Positions 25,060 to 38,227 of a stretch of DNA of 64,000 nt are shown one piece after another (position 1 is the stretch's first letter; the number at the start of each line of letters is the position of its first letter). Source of the stretch: Octopus vulgaris (lineage: Eukaryota). Position numbers and translations under genes: made by a program. The notes beneath the pieces are model-generated. The model worked only from the letters and a program-made list of their open reading frames with translations. It did no database searches and was not told the DNA's origin. Location: positions 70,184,001-70,248,000 of the forward strand of contig OX597818.1 of NCBI GenBank assembly GCA_951406725.2, in the 5' to 3' direction.

Positions 25060-25389
25060 GTATATATAAAATGGACTCTCCTGTCATTAGAAAATGTATG
25101 CAGGTTTGATCATTTCTTACTGAACAACTACACATATGATTTGTTTATAGTAATCAAATATTTATGTACACATCAGCTCACTCCCTCTATCAGATCGACA
25201 TTACCTGTACAGGTGCAATGGGTGCCACATTTCAGATGTCGAAATTATCGCAGAGCAACATGAAATGAACACAACGCAATGCCAGGTCTGGAAACCGAAC
25301 CCACGATCTTTCAATTATGAGTGTAATACCTTAACCACTAAGCCATGTGCCTTCACACACACACACACACACATATACATATATATATT

Positions 25390-25780
25390 CAGGGTGCAGT
25401 GTGCAGTGAAAAAACTGTCATCTAAATTATGCAAAAACGAAAATGTCACTGTTTGGCAGTGTGGGCATAACGTCACCATCACTATTGATCACTTTAGACA
25501 CTATGATGTCCATTGGGTGTTTGATTTTTATTACTTTCAGTACATGTCCTCAGATTGACACCCAAACACTCTGAAATGTTTGTATTGGAGCTTCCGGTGT
25601 GAATGCCAAGCAGTACAGCATGTTGTTTACAAATTTCTGGCAGAGTGAATTGCACCATGATGCTGTTTTTCTCACAGACTGTGTCCAACTGACCCTTCTA
25701 TACTGTGTAGTTGACAAAATCAACAACAAACAATGTGCGAAATCAAAAATGAAAAATGGCAACAATTTACCCATCGCACC

Positions 25781-25782
<2 letters not shown>
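25390..25782 (-). mobile_element. maT (DD37D) non-autonomous derivative, second copy
   Basis: CAGGGTGCAG...CCATCGCACCCT termini. The interior is homologous to 17368-17710 plus the opposite end of that element. Confidence 0.85.
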
Positions 25783-25861
<79 letters not shown>

Positions 25862-25989
25862 TATATATATATGTAACTATAGGTGACAGTATCAACAATT
25901 CTCACTCAAATTTATATATATATATGTATATATGTATCCAAATGATAAGAAGAAAACGAAGAGGATTCTCTCTGACATCTTTAATGATT

Positions 25990-26083
25990 TGTTACAATTG
26001 TTTCTGTACCAACTCCATTTGAAATGCTAACTTATGCAAAAATTTGAAGTGAAAAATTTACAAAATGTTTGTGGGTTTAGACA
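25990..26083 (-). ncRNA. Hammerhead remnant (3' half intact, 5' core damaged)
   Basis: Minus strand TGT-CTAA-ACCC...GGTACA-GAAA-CAATTG-TA-ACA, with palindromic stem III CAATTG and stem I TGT/ACA. Confidence 0.4.
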
Positions 26084-26227
26084 TTATATAAATATATATT
26101 TACTAAACTTTTACGAGGTAAATGTTGACAGTGGCTTCAAATTTTTGATGTGTTTGCTGCCTTGTAAAAATGTAATAAATATGTACTGAACTAAAATGTA
26201 TTGAGCAATTCTTCAGTTTGACATACA

Positions 26228-26263
<36 letters not shown>

Positions 26264-27732
26264 TATATATAGAGAGAGAGAGATACAGACAGACAGACAA
26301 GCAGATAGATAGATATATGCATGGGTGGATGGATAGATGGATAGACAGATAGATACATAGATAGATGGATAGGCAGGTAGGAAAGCAGGTAGGCAGGCAA
26401 GCATGTATAGATAAATACTGTGTGTGTGTGTGTGTGTGTGTATTAGTTTAGCACAGACTTTTATAATATTTCTCATTTTGTTTTAGCTCCACCCTAAATG
26501 TTTGGAGGTCATTGATCTCCCAATCACAGCCACACCTCCAGTTTAAGAATTTCTTAGTTTATATTCTTGGTTAATGTTATTTGACTGGAAACGCAACAAC
26601 AACAACAACCACACCAACAACGATCAGCTAAAATGTATCGTTATGTTTTCTTTCATCTCTCTAAGATCAGTGTTAACAGCCTGTTCATGGTGATTTTGTT
26701 TTTCTCTTTCTCGGCTGTCAATAAAATTAATTATCAACAAACGTGTTGGACTACTGGCTGAAATAAGAAAACCAAACCCTACTGGTATGGGTAAAAGCTT
26801 CATCACATTGATATTTGAAGCAAATTCACTGGTACAGTCTCCAGGAAAATACCGGTTAACACCCTGAGATCGTCATTTCATTGTATTATCTACTTTTCCA
26901 TGCTTGCATGGGTCGGATGAGATTTGATGAGGCAGATGTTCTGCGCTGGAGGTCTTTCCTGCCTTCAACCTTCAACAGTTTCTTTTTGCTTTACAAAACT
27001 TGCTCTACATGTGGAAACACATTGAGAAACCTGGATGTGTTTGCAGGGTTAAATGTAAATAAATAATCCTGTTTGTGTCTGATAACCAAGCTGTTGCTTT
27101 GTTTACAGACACCAGACATGTAAAGACAAAGAGAAGTCACACACACGCAGCTATAGTATAGACAACAACGTTAACACAGAGGAACTGAGCCCCTAACAGC
27201 AGACATGCTTATACCTCTACACAGGGGTTGTATCATCGCAGATGAGTGTCCAGTGAAGGAGATTAGAATATTTCTTCTTTATATCAGTTTCAGAAATATC
27301 AGAACCCAAAACTCCAGTATTTTCTTTATCCTTCACTTCCATCAACTTATGAGATTCCTTCACATTCAGCTAAATTCTGTTCATCAAAAACCAAACACAT
27401 ATCTCCACACCTTTACTCTAAACTGCAAAGTCAGCAGAGATCCTCCGTTCTTCTGTTATTGCCTATTTCCTCAACAGGTGCCACAGTTGCACATGGTGTC
27501 ACAGGAGGAGCTGCATCTCCATTAATTGAGTGTCACCTTTAATCCAGACTTTCCTGCATTACTTACCTTACATCCAAACTAGATTGCAGAAGTTCAGGTA
27601 CCAAATTTTCCATTGTTGTTCAGGTTGGAGGCTATTGTTTCTCTCTTTCCTCGGAGTTGTCCTTACGTCACATGTGATGTCAGCCTCAACATAAGAGTCA
27701 CATTTAGATACGTCTCATCTGAACTTCAGTGA

Positions 27733-27985
27733 AGGCAAGTGGCATAGTGGTTTGAGTATTTGGTTCCCAATCATAAGACAGTGGGTTCAATTCCTGGTGG
27801 TGCATTGTGTCCTTGAACAAGACACTTTATTTCACATTCCTCCATTACACTCAGCCTGCAAAAATGAGGGCCTGCTTCATCACATTTTGTGTTATACTCG
27901 ATCTGCCTGAGAATTACATTAAGGGTTCACATGTTTGTGAAATACTCAGCCAGTTGCACATTAATTTCACGAGCAGGCTATTGAT
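27733..27985 (+). mobile_element. SINE family B (CORE-like domain)
   Basis: TGGCATAGTGG A-box, GGTTCAATTCC B-box, and GTGTCCTTGAACAAGACACTTTA CORE-like block. Confidence 0.8.
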
Positions 27986-29531
27986 CAAATGCCAATGTTT
28001 AAAGTTAAAATCTGAGCTTCAGACAACTCTGAATTGGGTGTTTAATCAAACATGGGGTACCTTGAATATCAAATTGTTTGCAGAAATGTGACAGATTGGA
28101 CGGTGAGTTTGGCAGTCATGAAAATGTTCAACAGAATGTTTGAGAGCAAATCTTTCCAGTTATCTGCAACCAGAGTTCAAATCCAACTAAGGTCAACTTT
28201 GACTTTTATTCTGATTCCTGGCAATGGAGAGATGGAAATGTTTGAGGATTGGATGTGATGTCTTGCACTGTCTGGTGCCTGATTCTTACTGTTAAGACAT
28301 AAACACATGCAACAACATTTGTGCCAAGCCGTTTTTGTTCAGATCTGTAAACTTTCTTTGGAGCAAGAAGGGAAAATTGTAGCCTTCAAATAAGGGCAAA
28401 ATATCTTGCCCAGGTCTGTCCAAATATAACTAAATGCATGAACAGTACTGGCTGACAGGGGCCATACATTGTTCCTTAATTATGATTCCTGATTTCTTCT
28501 TAACAGAATATAGAAAATTTTCAGTGTTTGTTGGTCTACAACAGCCTAAGTTCAGTCAAAAGGAATTAACAGCTGGATCTAGTTTCTTTCCCTAACTGGG
28601 TTGGTATACACACTTGTGGAATAACAAAGAATTACAGCAGTTGAACTCCGTTAGAAGTGATTTATTAGTTTCTCTTTTCTCCTTATTTGTCATTGTCATA
28701 TTCATATTTTTAAAGATTCTGAAAGCTTTTTTTTATGTATATCTTAGTGTGTGTGTGTGTAGTTAATGGTGGTGGTGGTGGTGGTGGTGGTGGTGGTGTT
28801 GGGGTGAGGTATACAGTAAAATTAATAACTTCTATGAGTCATCATTACTTGACGGACAATCTCAAAGAATAATAGATACTTAATCAACAAGTGATATTTC
28901 TACGAATAATGTATCTTATTGATCAGAAGATTATAAGAAGAGAAAGAAAAAGACTATTAAAAATGAAAGGGAAAAATAAATATGAAAGTTAATGGAGGAC
29001 GCTCTCTGAATATGATAGAAGAGGTCATTTTAAAACTGTGAGTATGACAAGGTCAGAGTGGATATCATGTAATGTGCTGCTGCTGCTGCTGCTGCTGCTT
29101 CTACTACTGCTGCTGCTGCCGCTTCTACTACTGCTGCTGCTATCAGTGTATAAATTATTGGTCCACTCCTGTATATTTGATATCTGAAAAACTATAATAA
29201 AATATAAGTATTTTCAGTTGTGCTTTTAATGACCAACAAAGAATTTGGTAGAGATGTACAGACTGGGATACTATAGTAACTATCAGGGTTTTCTAACTAC
29301 TACTACTACTACTTAATGATAATAGTGGTTTCTGATTTAGGCACAGGGCCAGTAGTTTTAAGGGGAGAGGATTAGTCGATTTCACCAACCCCAGTATGTG
29401 ACTGGTACTTTAATTTATTGACCACAGTGGGAGTTTAATGACAAAGTTGATTTTGGCAGGATTTGATCTATAAACATAAAGATCCAAAGCAAATAACACA
29501 AGGCATTTTGTGCAATATCTTAATGGTTCAA

Positions 29532-29581
<50 letters not shown>
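29532..29581. repeat. (TAA)n microsatellite abutting the R4/Dong element
   Basis: Directly visible. Confidence 0.95.
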
Positions 29582-29582
<1 letters not shown>

Positions 29583-30714
29583 CTATCTACCACAGAAACA
29601 ATATGTCGATATGACCAGGCTAAATGATATAATATAGAAAGCAGCCTCAGAGGCCACAAAGGAAGTTGGATACTCCCTCAAACCCATCCAAACAGGAGTA
29701 TCACCACCCAAACAAATCCTATGGATAAACAATATCCAGAAAAAAATAGAAAATAAAAGAAAGGGTCTCTCAATCCTTAATGAAACTAGTAGACAATCAG
29801 TACTACTAAGCAAGAAAAGGGGATTTAAAATACTATTACGAAATAACTACCAAAGGATGACAGAAATACCTACTTTGGAAGCAAGGAAAACTAATACAAA
29901 TAACCACAAAACACAAACAAAACAAAAAACTGTTTTCAGTCTTTAAAGAAGCTGACAAATGCAAAAAGGAAGTCAAACTGCCTGACAACTATGAAGAAAA
30001 AGAAGAAACAACAAAAGCTGTAAAACAGCTGAATTCCAAACTAAAACTGGAACAGCAACGGATCATGATAAAACGATGGCAAGAAAAGCCTCTACATGAC
30101 AGATATTGGGTTAAGCTAAACAGAAAAGAAATAGACAAAGCAAAATCCCCAAAATGGCTGAGAAGCTCAGGACTCAAAGCAGAGACTGAAGGATTTTTAA
30201 TTGCAGCACCAGACCAAAGCCTCCCCACCAGAAATCACCAAAAACACATAATGAAAAGAAATACAACAAGTAACTGTAGAATATGTGGTGATGGAGAAGA
30301 AACAATAAATCATATTGTCTCTGGCTGCCCAGTCCTGGCAAAGAAAGAATATATTCACAGACAAGACAGAGTTGGGATCTATATTCAATGGAAGCTATGC
30401 CAACACTATGGAATAACAACAGAAAAAAAGATGGTATAGACATATGCCTGAAAAGGTCAAAGAAAATGGGAAAGAAGCAAACTCTGGGATATACCAATAC
30501 ACACAAACAGAAAAATCAGGGACAATTCTGGATATAGTTGTCAGAGATCACCAAGGAGAAAAATGCTTTCTAATCGATGTATCAATACCAACAGATGACA
30601 GTGTTTCTCTAAAAGAAACTGAGAAACCTTCAAAATACAAAGATCTGGAAATAGAGGTAACTCGAATATGGAATCTAAAAAACAAACAATTCCTATTACA
30701 GTAGGTGCATTAGG
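29582..30714 (+). mobile_element. R4/Dong-clade non-LTR retrotransposon (RLE endonuclease), RT deleted, frameshifted
   Basis: WQEKPLHDRY...LKAETEGFLIAAPDQSLPTR...CRICGDGEETINHIVSGC (CCHC)...RQDRVG...LDIVV...FLIDVSIP...EK.SKYKDL...PITVGALG. An N-terminal PPKQILWINNIQKKIENKRK segment lies upstream, with no RT in between. Confidence 0.9.
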
Positions 30715-30757
30715 TTTGACACCAATTGTCAAGCAGAAATGGGAGACAACACACACA

Positions 30758-30804
<47 letters not shown>

Positions 30805-31021
30805 TAAATGCATCAGGTTATTTTTGATTTTTGTCTACAAATCCACTCACACGGTTTATGGTTAGTCCAGGGCTACAGTATAAGATATTTGTCCATGGGG
30901 CCACACAATGGGACTAAACTTGAATTCAAGTTAGTCACAGGAAATGAAGGAACTCTTCCTTAGTTTTGTCATCATCATCGTTATTGTTTAACATCTGCTT
31001 TCTAGACTGGCATGGGTTGGA

Positions 31022-31062
<41 letters not shown>

Positions 31063-33126
31063 AGATATAAATGAGTAACAAAGAGGTACAATGAAGTTAC
31101 AGATAGTCTCCCAATTCTCCAAGGAATTGAACTGGATGAAATATAATAAACTATTTACATTATTACATTTAAGAAATTTTTGTCAACACTTAAGAATGTT
31201 TGTTCCTCTTTGGTAACAATACAAGCATACCTAAGTACTACTTTATTTTCATTTCACTTTCTTGGAAAATACGAAGAATTCTGTACTTGTATATTTTTTG
31301 TGTATATATACATACACACATACATACATACATACATACACACACATGTGGTGCTGTTAAGCCAGACATGGCTTAGGCCAGTTCTTGGTCACAACATAAT
31401 TATTTTTAACGTTTTGTTTTTATAAACTAAGGCACAATTCCTTTATTTCCACTGATTAACCTTATCATTGTATACTATTCTTTACACTACTAAAACCTTA
31501 ATATTTCCGTGTGTGTGTGAGTAGCCATACCTGAGCCACCAAAGATGCCCTTAGAGGCAGCCACTCAACTGACCGCTTGCCTAGAATCCCTTAAATCGCA
31601 TTCCAACATCTGGAGAAAGAGAAATACACTGAATGATACAGTCCTGGATAGACTATTCCTGAAAGCAAGACAGGTTGATCACTGTTATGTCCTGGGGTTA
31701 AACAACAACCACAATAACAACAGCAACACACTCTGATTAAAATATTTGATGTATTCTATCTTCAATTCAAGTTAAAATTGTCTTGAATAGTTAACACTCG
31801 ACATGCTTCGCTTTAGTTTCCAGTATATCTTCTGGATATATATCGAACCCATTTCTCACGTTTTTAAGACAGTAGGGTGAAGTTGTGGGGAAAATTTAGC
31901 TGTTATTTCAAGCAGGTCAAACAACCACATAGGGTTCCTTTCTAGCTTTGTTGCTTTGTTAAATGGATGGAAGTGAATCTGCTTTGTTTTGTTAAGTCCT
32001 TTTACAAAAAGACAGAAGAGGTTGCTTCTAAATAATGGCTACAGTTTGTTGTAGGAAAGAGCCAGAAACAGTGAAATGGAAGCGAGAGAAATATGAGGTT
32101 TTGATATTTCAGTCTTGCTAACCTCTAAATCCTAACTTATTACAACAGTCATTCTATATTACTGTTGTTCCATTACAGCTTTGCCATTTCAATCTTCTAA
32201 CAATATTTCAAACAGCCATATTGTGAATCGATTAATTATGGTTATGTGCTTCTTAGCTCGCGATACTCTTTAATACATAATCATTCTTCTATTGAGTATC
32301 ATTTATCATTTGGTCAAACATCAATCTTTTCGCTATTTGTTCATTGATTTTTTTTTTCCACTCCCCTATTTCCCACTTTCTATTCCCCGACCATTTTTCT
32401 ATCTCCTCTTATCATTTGTTTATTGTCTATTTTCCTTCTATCTCCTTTCACCTCATCTTTTCCTACAGTTTTTTTCCCCCTCCATATCATCTCATTTCAT
32501 CAACTTTATCATCTGCCATATCTTTCACTTGCCAATGTTTGGCATCGGCTCCAAATGCTTCCCCGCCCCCGCCACATCTAGCACTCTGTACTTGACCCTC
32601 GTTTATGCCTGTTGACACCACAACTTCATTATAGATAGTTTGTTCAGAATGTATTTATTCGCTTTAACTGCACTGTTTAATGTGCTTGCAGCTTCTCAAG
32701 TTATCATCAGCAAATCACTCATTTTAAAATAAATATTGATTACAATAGGGATCATGTTTATTCAATCAGCAGAAACAAATAATCACAGCTGAAAGATTTA
32801 TAACATCACAGATTTCAGTTTGCTGTGTTGTCGAGTTGAGATGATAGCCATATCAAGTTAACTGGTTAAGGGAGGATGGAAATAAACTTTGGTAAGTTAC
32901 CTCGTCTAAATCAGGTAAGCCGAGATATGCAAGATTTGTGATAATTTATGTTAGTGCCAATGAATTTAATATTCTTCTTGTGATCATTATTATTGAGACT
33001 AAATTGGTTATATTTAATTAATATCAGCTATTGTTTCTCTTATCTTAATGGTGTGAAGATATGACTAGGTAGATAACTCAATTGGTTTCATCATCATCTT
33101 CATCATCATCATCACCATCAGTGTTG

Positions 33127-33171
<45 letters not shown>

Positions 33172-33834
33172 GTGGCAGCAGTGGTGTAATTACTATCATC
33201 ACCATTGTCATCATCGTCATCATTACTACCACCATGCCAATGGCAGAATTGATAGAGTGCTGGACAAAATGCCTCATAGAATTTAATCACCACCTTTTCT
33301 TACTGAGTTCAAATCTTGCTGAGGTCAACCATGTCCTTCAATCTTGTGGAACTTCTAAAATATATCTCCCATCAAAAGTTGGGAATTTATTAAATCAGCC
33401 ACACTTCTTTGAAAAATTTTGCTTCACCCAACGCTAGAGGTCATTATTGTCCACAGAGCAGTGGATTGACAGAATTATGGATGACAATTGGACAAAATAC
33501 CTTGTTTCTGGTCCTTCTCATTCTGAGTTCTAAACCACACTTGGGTCAACTTTGTTTTTCATCATTTCATTAGATGATAATGAAGTACCAGTCACATACT
33601 GGGGTAAATTTAACCAATTTATTCCTTCTCCAAAAATTCCTGGTCTTCTGGGAAAAATCATTATCCAAGCCATTATGATCCACAGCACCATCTTCACCAT
33701 CACTATCATCACTGCCACCAACACTACCACCACCACCACCAATATTGCCAGAGTCACATGATCATCTGACTGAGCTTTTATAAGCCAATCAGGAAATTTT
33801 GACTTTAGTTAACAAGGAAATATTGCATAATTGT

Positions 33835-34385
33835 TTGACCTGCTAGAAATAATAGTCAAGTGGGTCTCCAATCAAATTGTATCTTCTATAACAAGGAGGA
33901 CCACTTTCAGTAATGAAATTCTAAAAACACGAGATGGTCAAAGTGTAGATATGTCTAAGGTTAAACCTGGGAGACAAAGTAAGTAATATTTTATGCTTTG
34001 CAAAAAAAAGCAAATTTTACTGTTAATGAGTGATCCACTGCATGGTCAATCGATCTGCTAGAAATAACAGTGAAATCTCCCTTAAATCACAACCTGCTGT
34101 CTTACAAAAAAAAAGGTAATACTAAATAATTTAGTCTTTGAGATAAATATGCAAGAAAAAGAAAAACCAAAATTCCCAGCTGGAGCATCAGTCAGATGAG
34201 GAAAAGTTGATGAACCATGTAACAGCATAGGTACGTGTTTACTTAACCTGCCAGAAATAGCAGTCTAAAATCCCTCAAATCACTCATCAGTCTATAGAAG
34301 AAAAAACAAAATGGTCACATCCTTGAATATGAGTTTGATCAGTTGGGGATGACCAAAGGCTAAATAACAACAACAACAACAACAA
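33835..34385 (+). repeat. Cluster of three old retroposon tails ending in (CAA)n
   Basis: Recurring motif ACCTGCTAGAAATA(G/A)CAG..AAATC..CCTCAAATCAC...GGTCA..GCTGG...AAACAACAAC; also at ~4055, 31560, 35290, 36500 and 49490. Confidence 0.55.
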
Positions 34386-34965
34386 AAGGTTCCTCTCTTT
34401 CAATTCAGATGTTGTGTCATGCCTGAAACCCATGAAGATTCCTACGGCCAATCTTATGCATCTTTTCCTTTCCCCCATCAATCACTGCAACATCATTTTA
34501 TTTCCAAGGTTTGTGTCCTGCAGCAACAAATACACAAATACATGACAAGGTCTTCCACTTCTTTTTTTACCATCTTCTTGTTCCCATGGCAACAGTTGAC
34601 ATATAACTCATTCTTTTTTTCACCATCAACATTCCAGTCCAACAAACATAGATCCATATGTTTCAATGGTTTCTCTTAATAATGGTAAACTTCCATAGAA
34701 TACTCTGTTCACTAAATGTTGTGCCTAAGAACTATTCTTCACCCTCCTTAATATTTTGAAATATTTTCAATTTAGTTTGTTTTCTATCTCTTTCCCAAGT
34801 GTTCAACAGTCAAATCCACAGATTAAAACAGTTCCTACAGCAAATCTATAAAAACCTTTAACAGAGTTTTTCGGATGCAAATGGCAAACAGTGGAAAGTT
34901 GGAAAGCAAATTGTTTTCCTTCAATTCTGTTCTTAATGGTTAATGCAGCTATTTACAAATGACAA

Positions 34966-35185
34966 ATTAACCATTTTGAAATCAACCCCATAGAGACTGG
35001 CACTAGTTCTCTGATGTAAACTTTCCATTTTAAACTGATGTGAATTAAAACCTTCTCTGAAAATTTCATGGAATGTTCCAAACCCCAAATTAACAATGAC
35101 AAAAGTTATTTTACTAAATTCTTTAATTTCAAAATTAATTGGAATGCAAACAGATTATTTCAATAGAAATACGGCAATAAAGGAT
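34966..35185. mobile_element. piggyBac-like MITE, decayed
   Basis: Begins TTAACC and is homologous, in the opposite orientation, to 54312-54531. Further pieces lie at ~40255, 52430, 53160 and 55615. Confidence 0.55.
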
Positions 35186-37981
35186 TCCACTTTTCTTTGA
35201 GGTTTTTCCTACCAAACAGAGAAATTAATTTTACTTTAGATGATGTATCATACAACTCATGGCAATTGGAGAGCCTTAATAGGGTTGCTTGACCTGTTAG
35301 AAATAGTAGCCAAATAAGTCTCATATCGTACCCTTCATGTCAAAAACAAAGTAAGTTGCCACTGGATAATGTAGTCCAAAATATACTGTACCTGAAATAA
35401 GAGTGGACAGTCATGGCTGGAATTATCATGATCATCGTTTAACATCTGTTTTCCATGCTGGCAAGAATAAAGCAGTTTGACAAAGAACCACTGAGCTGCA
35501 GGACTGCATTGGGCGTCAGTGTAATTTTTGGCATGATTTCTACAGTTAGATGCTCCACCTAATGCCAACCACTTAAGAGAGTTTACTGGGTGCTTCTTTA
35601 TTTGTATGCCACTGGCACTAGTGAGGTTGCCATGTAACTTGCAGGAGAGAAAAAAAGCTCAGGGGAAAGTGGTGATAAGTGGATGTATGCCAGTTGTTGA
35701 ATGGCCAAAGTATGACAGTCAAACATGAGTGTGTTGCTATAGAGGAAATATCTGGGAGATAGGAGGGGGGTAAGCATGAACAAACTATGCAGTAACAAGG
35801 AACAAGAAAGTGAGCAAAAGAGAGGACAAGTGGATGATGGGAGGGGATATGCTTTCATAACAGTGAGAGGAGGGAATAAACAGGTGAAAAAAGAGGTCAG
35901 TGTAGTGATTGAAGAACAAGGGTGGGCATTAGTTTGGTTGAACAGAATCGACTTAGGGGGTTGCCTTAGGCAAAACACTAACCAATGTCAAGAGTGAAGC
36001 TTATAATTCTTGCTTTAGCTACTTCAAGTTCCTGCAAATGGGAAGCATTTCTCCATGCTATGCCAGAATTTTCTATCTCCCATTAAGCTTTGGAAGTTCC
36101 ACAATTTCAAGTTATGTTTCTCTGCCAGTAATACCAACGTAGTTATGTGGTCTTCATCCTCTGATAATGTAGAAGTCTTCAAAATGTAACATTTGATACA
36201 ATCTGTTGTTTAATACGGTAGCAATGGCAAGCAAAGCTTACTCTGTATTGAGCAATGACAGCAGAGTTAGATGGAATGTGAGTGAAATCTCTTTTGTGGT
36301 CTCGTGCTCATGTCATGAGATATTTTTGATACCAGACAGAAAGCTTGATGAACATAGCAACAAAAGCATAGTAAACATGAACAAGAGCAATGCCTCTTTA
36401 GTGACCTATAATTTAAAAAAAAATTTTAATGTTTTTAAAGGACATTTATTAGCAAAAGGTATGTGAAATGGTTTTATCAAAAAGCCTAAATGAGGTCGAA
36501 CTGACTAAATTATGAAGTTCTTCGAATATGCTAGAAATAGTAGTAAAATGTCCTTCATGCCACAGATTAGTATCTTAAAACAATACATTGTATTCCTTGC
36601 AAACAGGAAAAAGTTGGAATGGTCATGATTGGAGTGTCTTTGATCATAAATTTTTTCAGTCAGATTTGACCTGGGACCAAACAACAACAGGGTCTAAACT
36701 AAAAGAACTGTCTCTCTGCAGTCCCGATTACATGCAACCGTTTTATAATAAAGGGAAGGACACAGTCGATGGTGTTTATTCTGCCAAGACTGATGTGAAT
36801 GTCAGAAAACAAGATGGGATGGTCAAGGCTAGAATCTTTTCAATCATGTCTGGCTAAGACTAAACTTTGAACTAAACAACAACAACAACATTAAAAAAGT
36901 AACCTTTTTGTAAATATCTCCGGATTCCTGGCTCTGCAGGAAATAATTATATTTTCATGAACTGATAAATGATATTCCCACCAAAAACACAAAACCAAAT
37001 AAGCTATCTTGTGTGTGATTGTGCTTCATAGATCAAATCGCTGGCATTAGTTTATCGTTTAATCAATCAGCCCACCTTATGACATCATCATCGTCATCAT
37101 TCGTTCAACCCCAGACATTATTTTACTGATTCAAGTTGTTTTAACCACCGCAACCACCACAATGACCACAAATATTTTTTAAAAAATCAAATAAAAGAAA
37201 TTAAAATAAAAAGCAGGAACAAAACTATAAATATATGATTTAGCACCTCCTCTTCTAGCAGTGTACTGTAATATTAAATCAACTTAATTAGACATTTAAA
37301 AAACAAAACAAAACCAAAATGTTTTCTCTCTCATTGATATTTCAGATCAGTATCCATAATTGATTAATTAAAGAATTTCTAATGGTTGTACAAATAGTTG
37401 TTTCGGTTGGAATTACTTCAGTAAAAGACAATAGAAAAAGAAGGGGAAAATGAACAACAGAGCACATTAAGTGGTTTTAGTCTGAGTCACTGAAGATATA
37501 AATCAAACTGACTTTAATAATAATAATAAAAATAATAATAATGGTAATAATAACAATAATAATAGATGGATCTATTTAAAAGAGAAAGGATAAAGGAAAA
37601 TATGGTGATATTTAACATGATTTAGTTGTGAGTAAAATCGTTAATTTGAATGAGTTAGTTACTGTTGTTAGTGTGAGATTGAGAGGGATACAGAAAGATT
37701 ATAAGTTTGATCAACATTTCTAGTTTTGACCAACCTTTCTTTTAATTGGTGAGTCTGGAAGAAAGAGCAGTACCCATGACTTTTGTAGGTATCCCAACGC
37801 AGGTGAACTTGATGCTAATGACTTGCTGTTTAAAATGCTGCAGGAAAACAGAACAAGAAGATTTGAGAAGAGCAATAGTCTAATGCCAAAATATTTAACA
37901 AGTGTTCTATGGTCCTGGACTGACCAATGCCTTGTGTTGAGATTTAGTAGATAAAAAATTAAAGAAGTCTATATCTATCTT

Positions 37982-38088
<107 letters not shown>

Positions 38089-38149
38089 CAACAAAAGAAT
38101 GAATGCAACCGCAATATTACATAAAATAGAGGAATTTATCTATGAATAT

Positions 38150-38227
38150 AATATGTGACAATTGGTTGTCCACTCCGGCATCTGAAACTCTGAGTTTATT
38201 ATGACAACCAACTAATTGTCACATATT
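38150..38227. repeat. Small fold-back with hammerhead-like 3' half
   Basis: AATATGTGACAATT(----)GGTTGTC is inverted against GACAACCAACTAATTGTCACATATT. The spacer contains GAAAC-TCTGA-GTT. Confidence 0.6.

Noticed and set aside
27560-27615. Minus-strand ATG...AAG|GTAAGT mini-exon (MENLVPELLQSSLDV)
   Set aside because: No partner exon or homology; such donors occur by chance.
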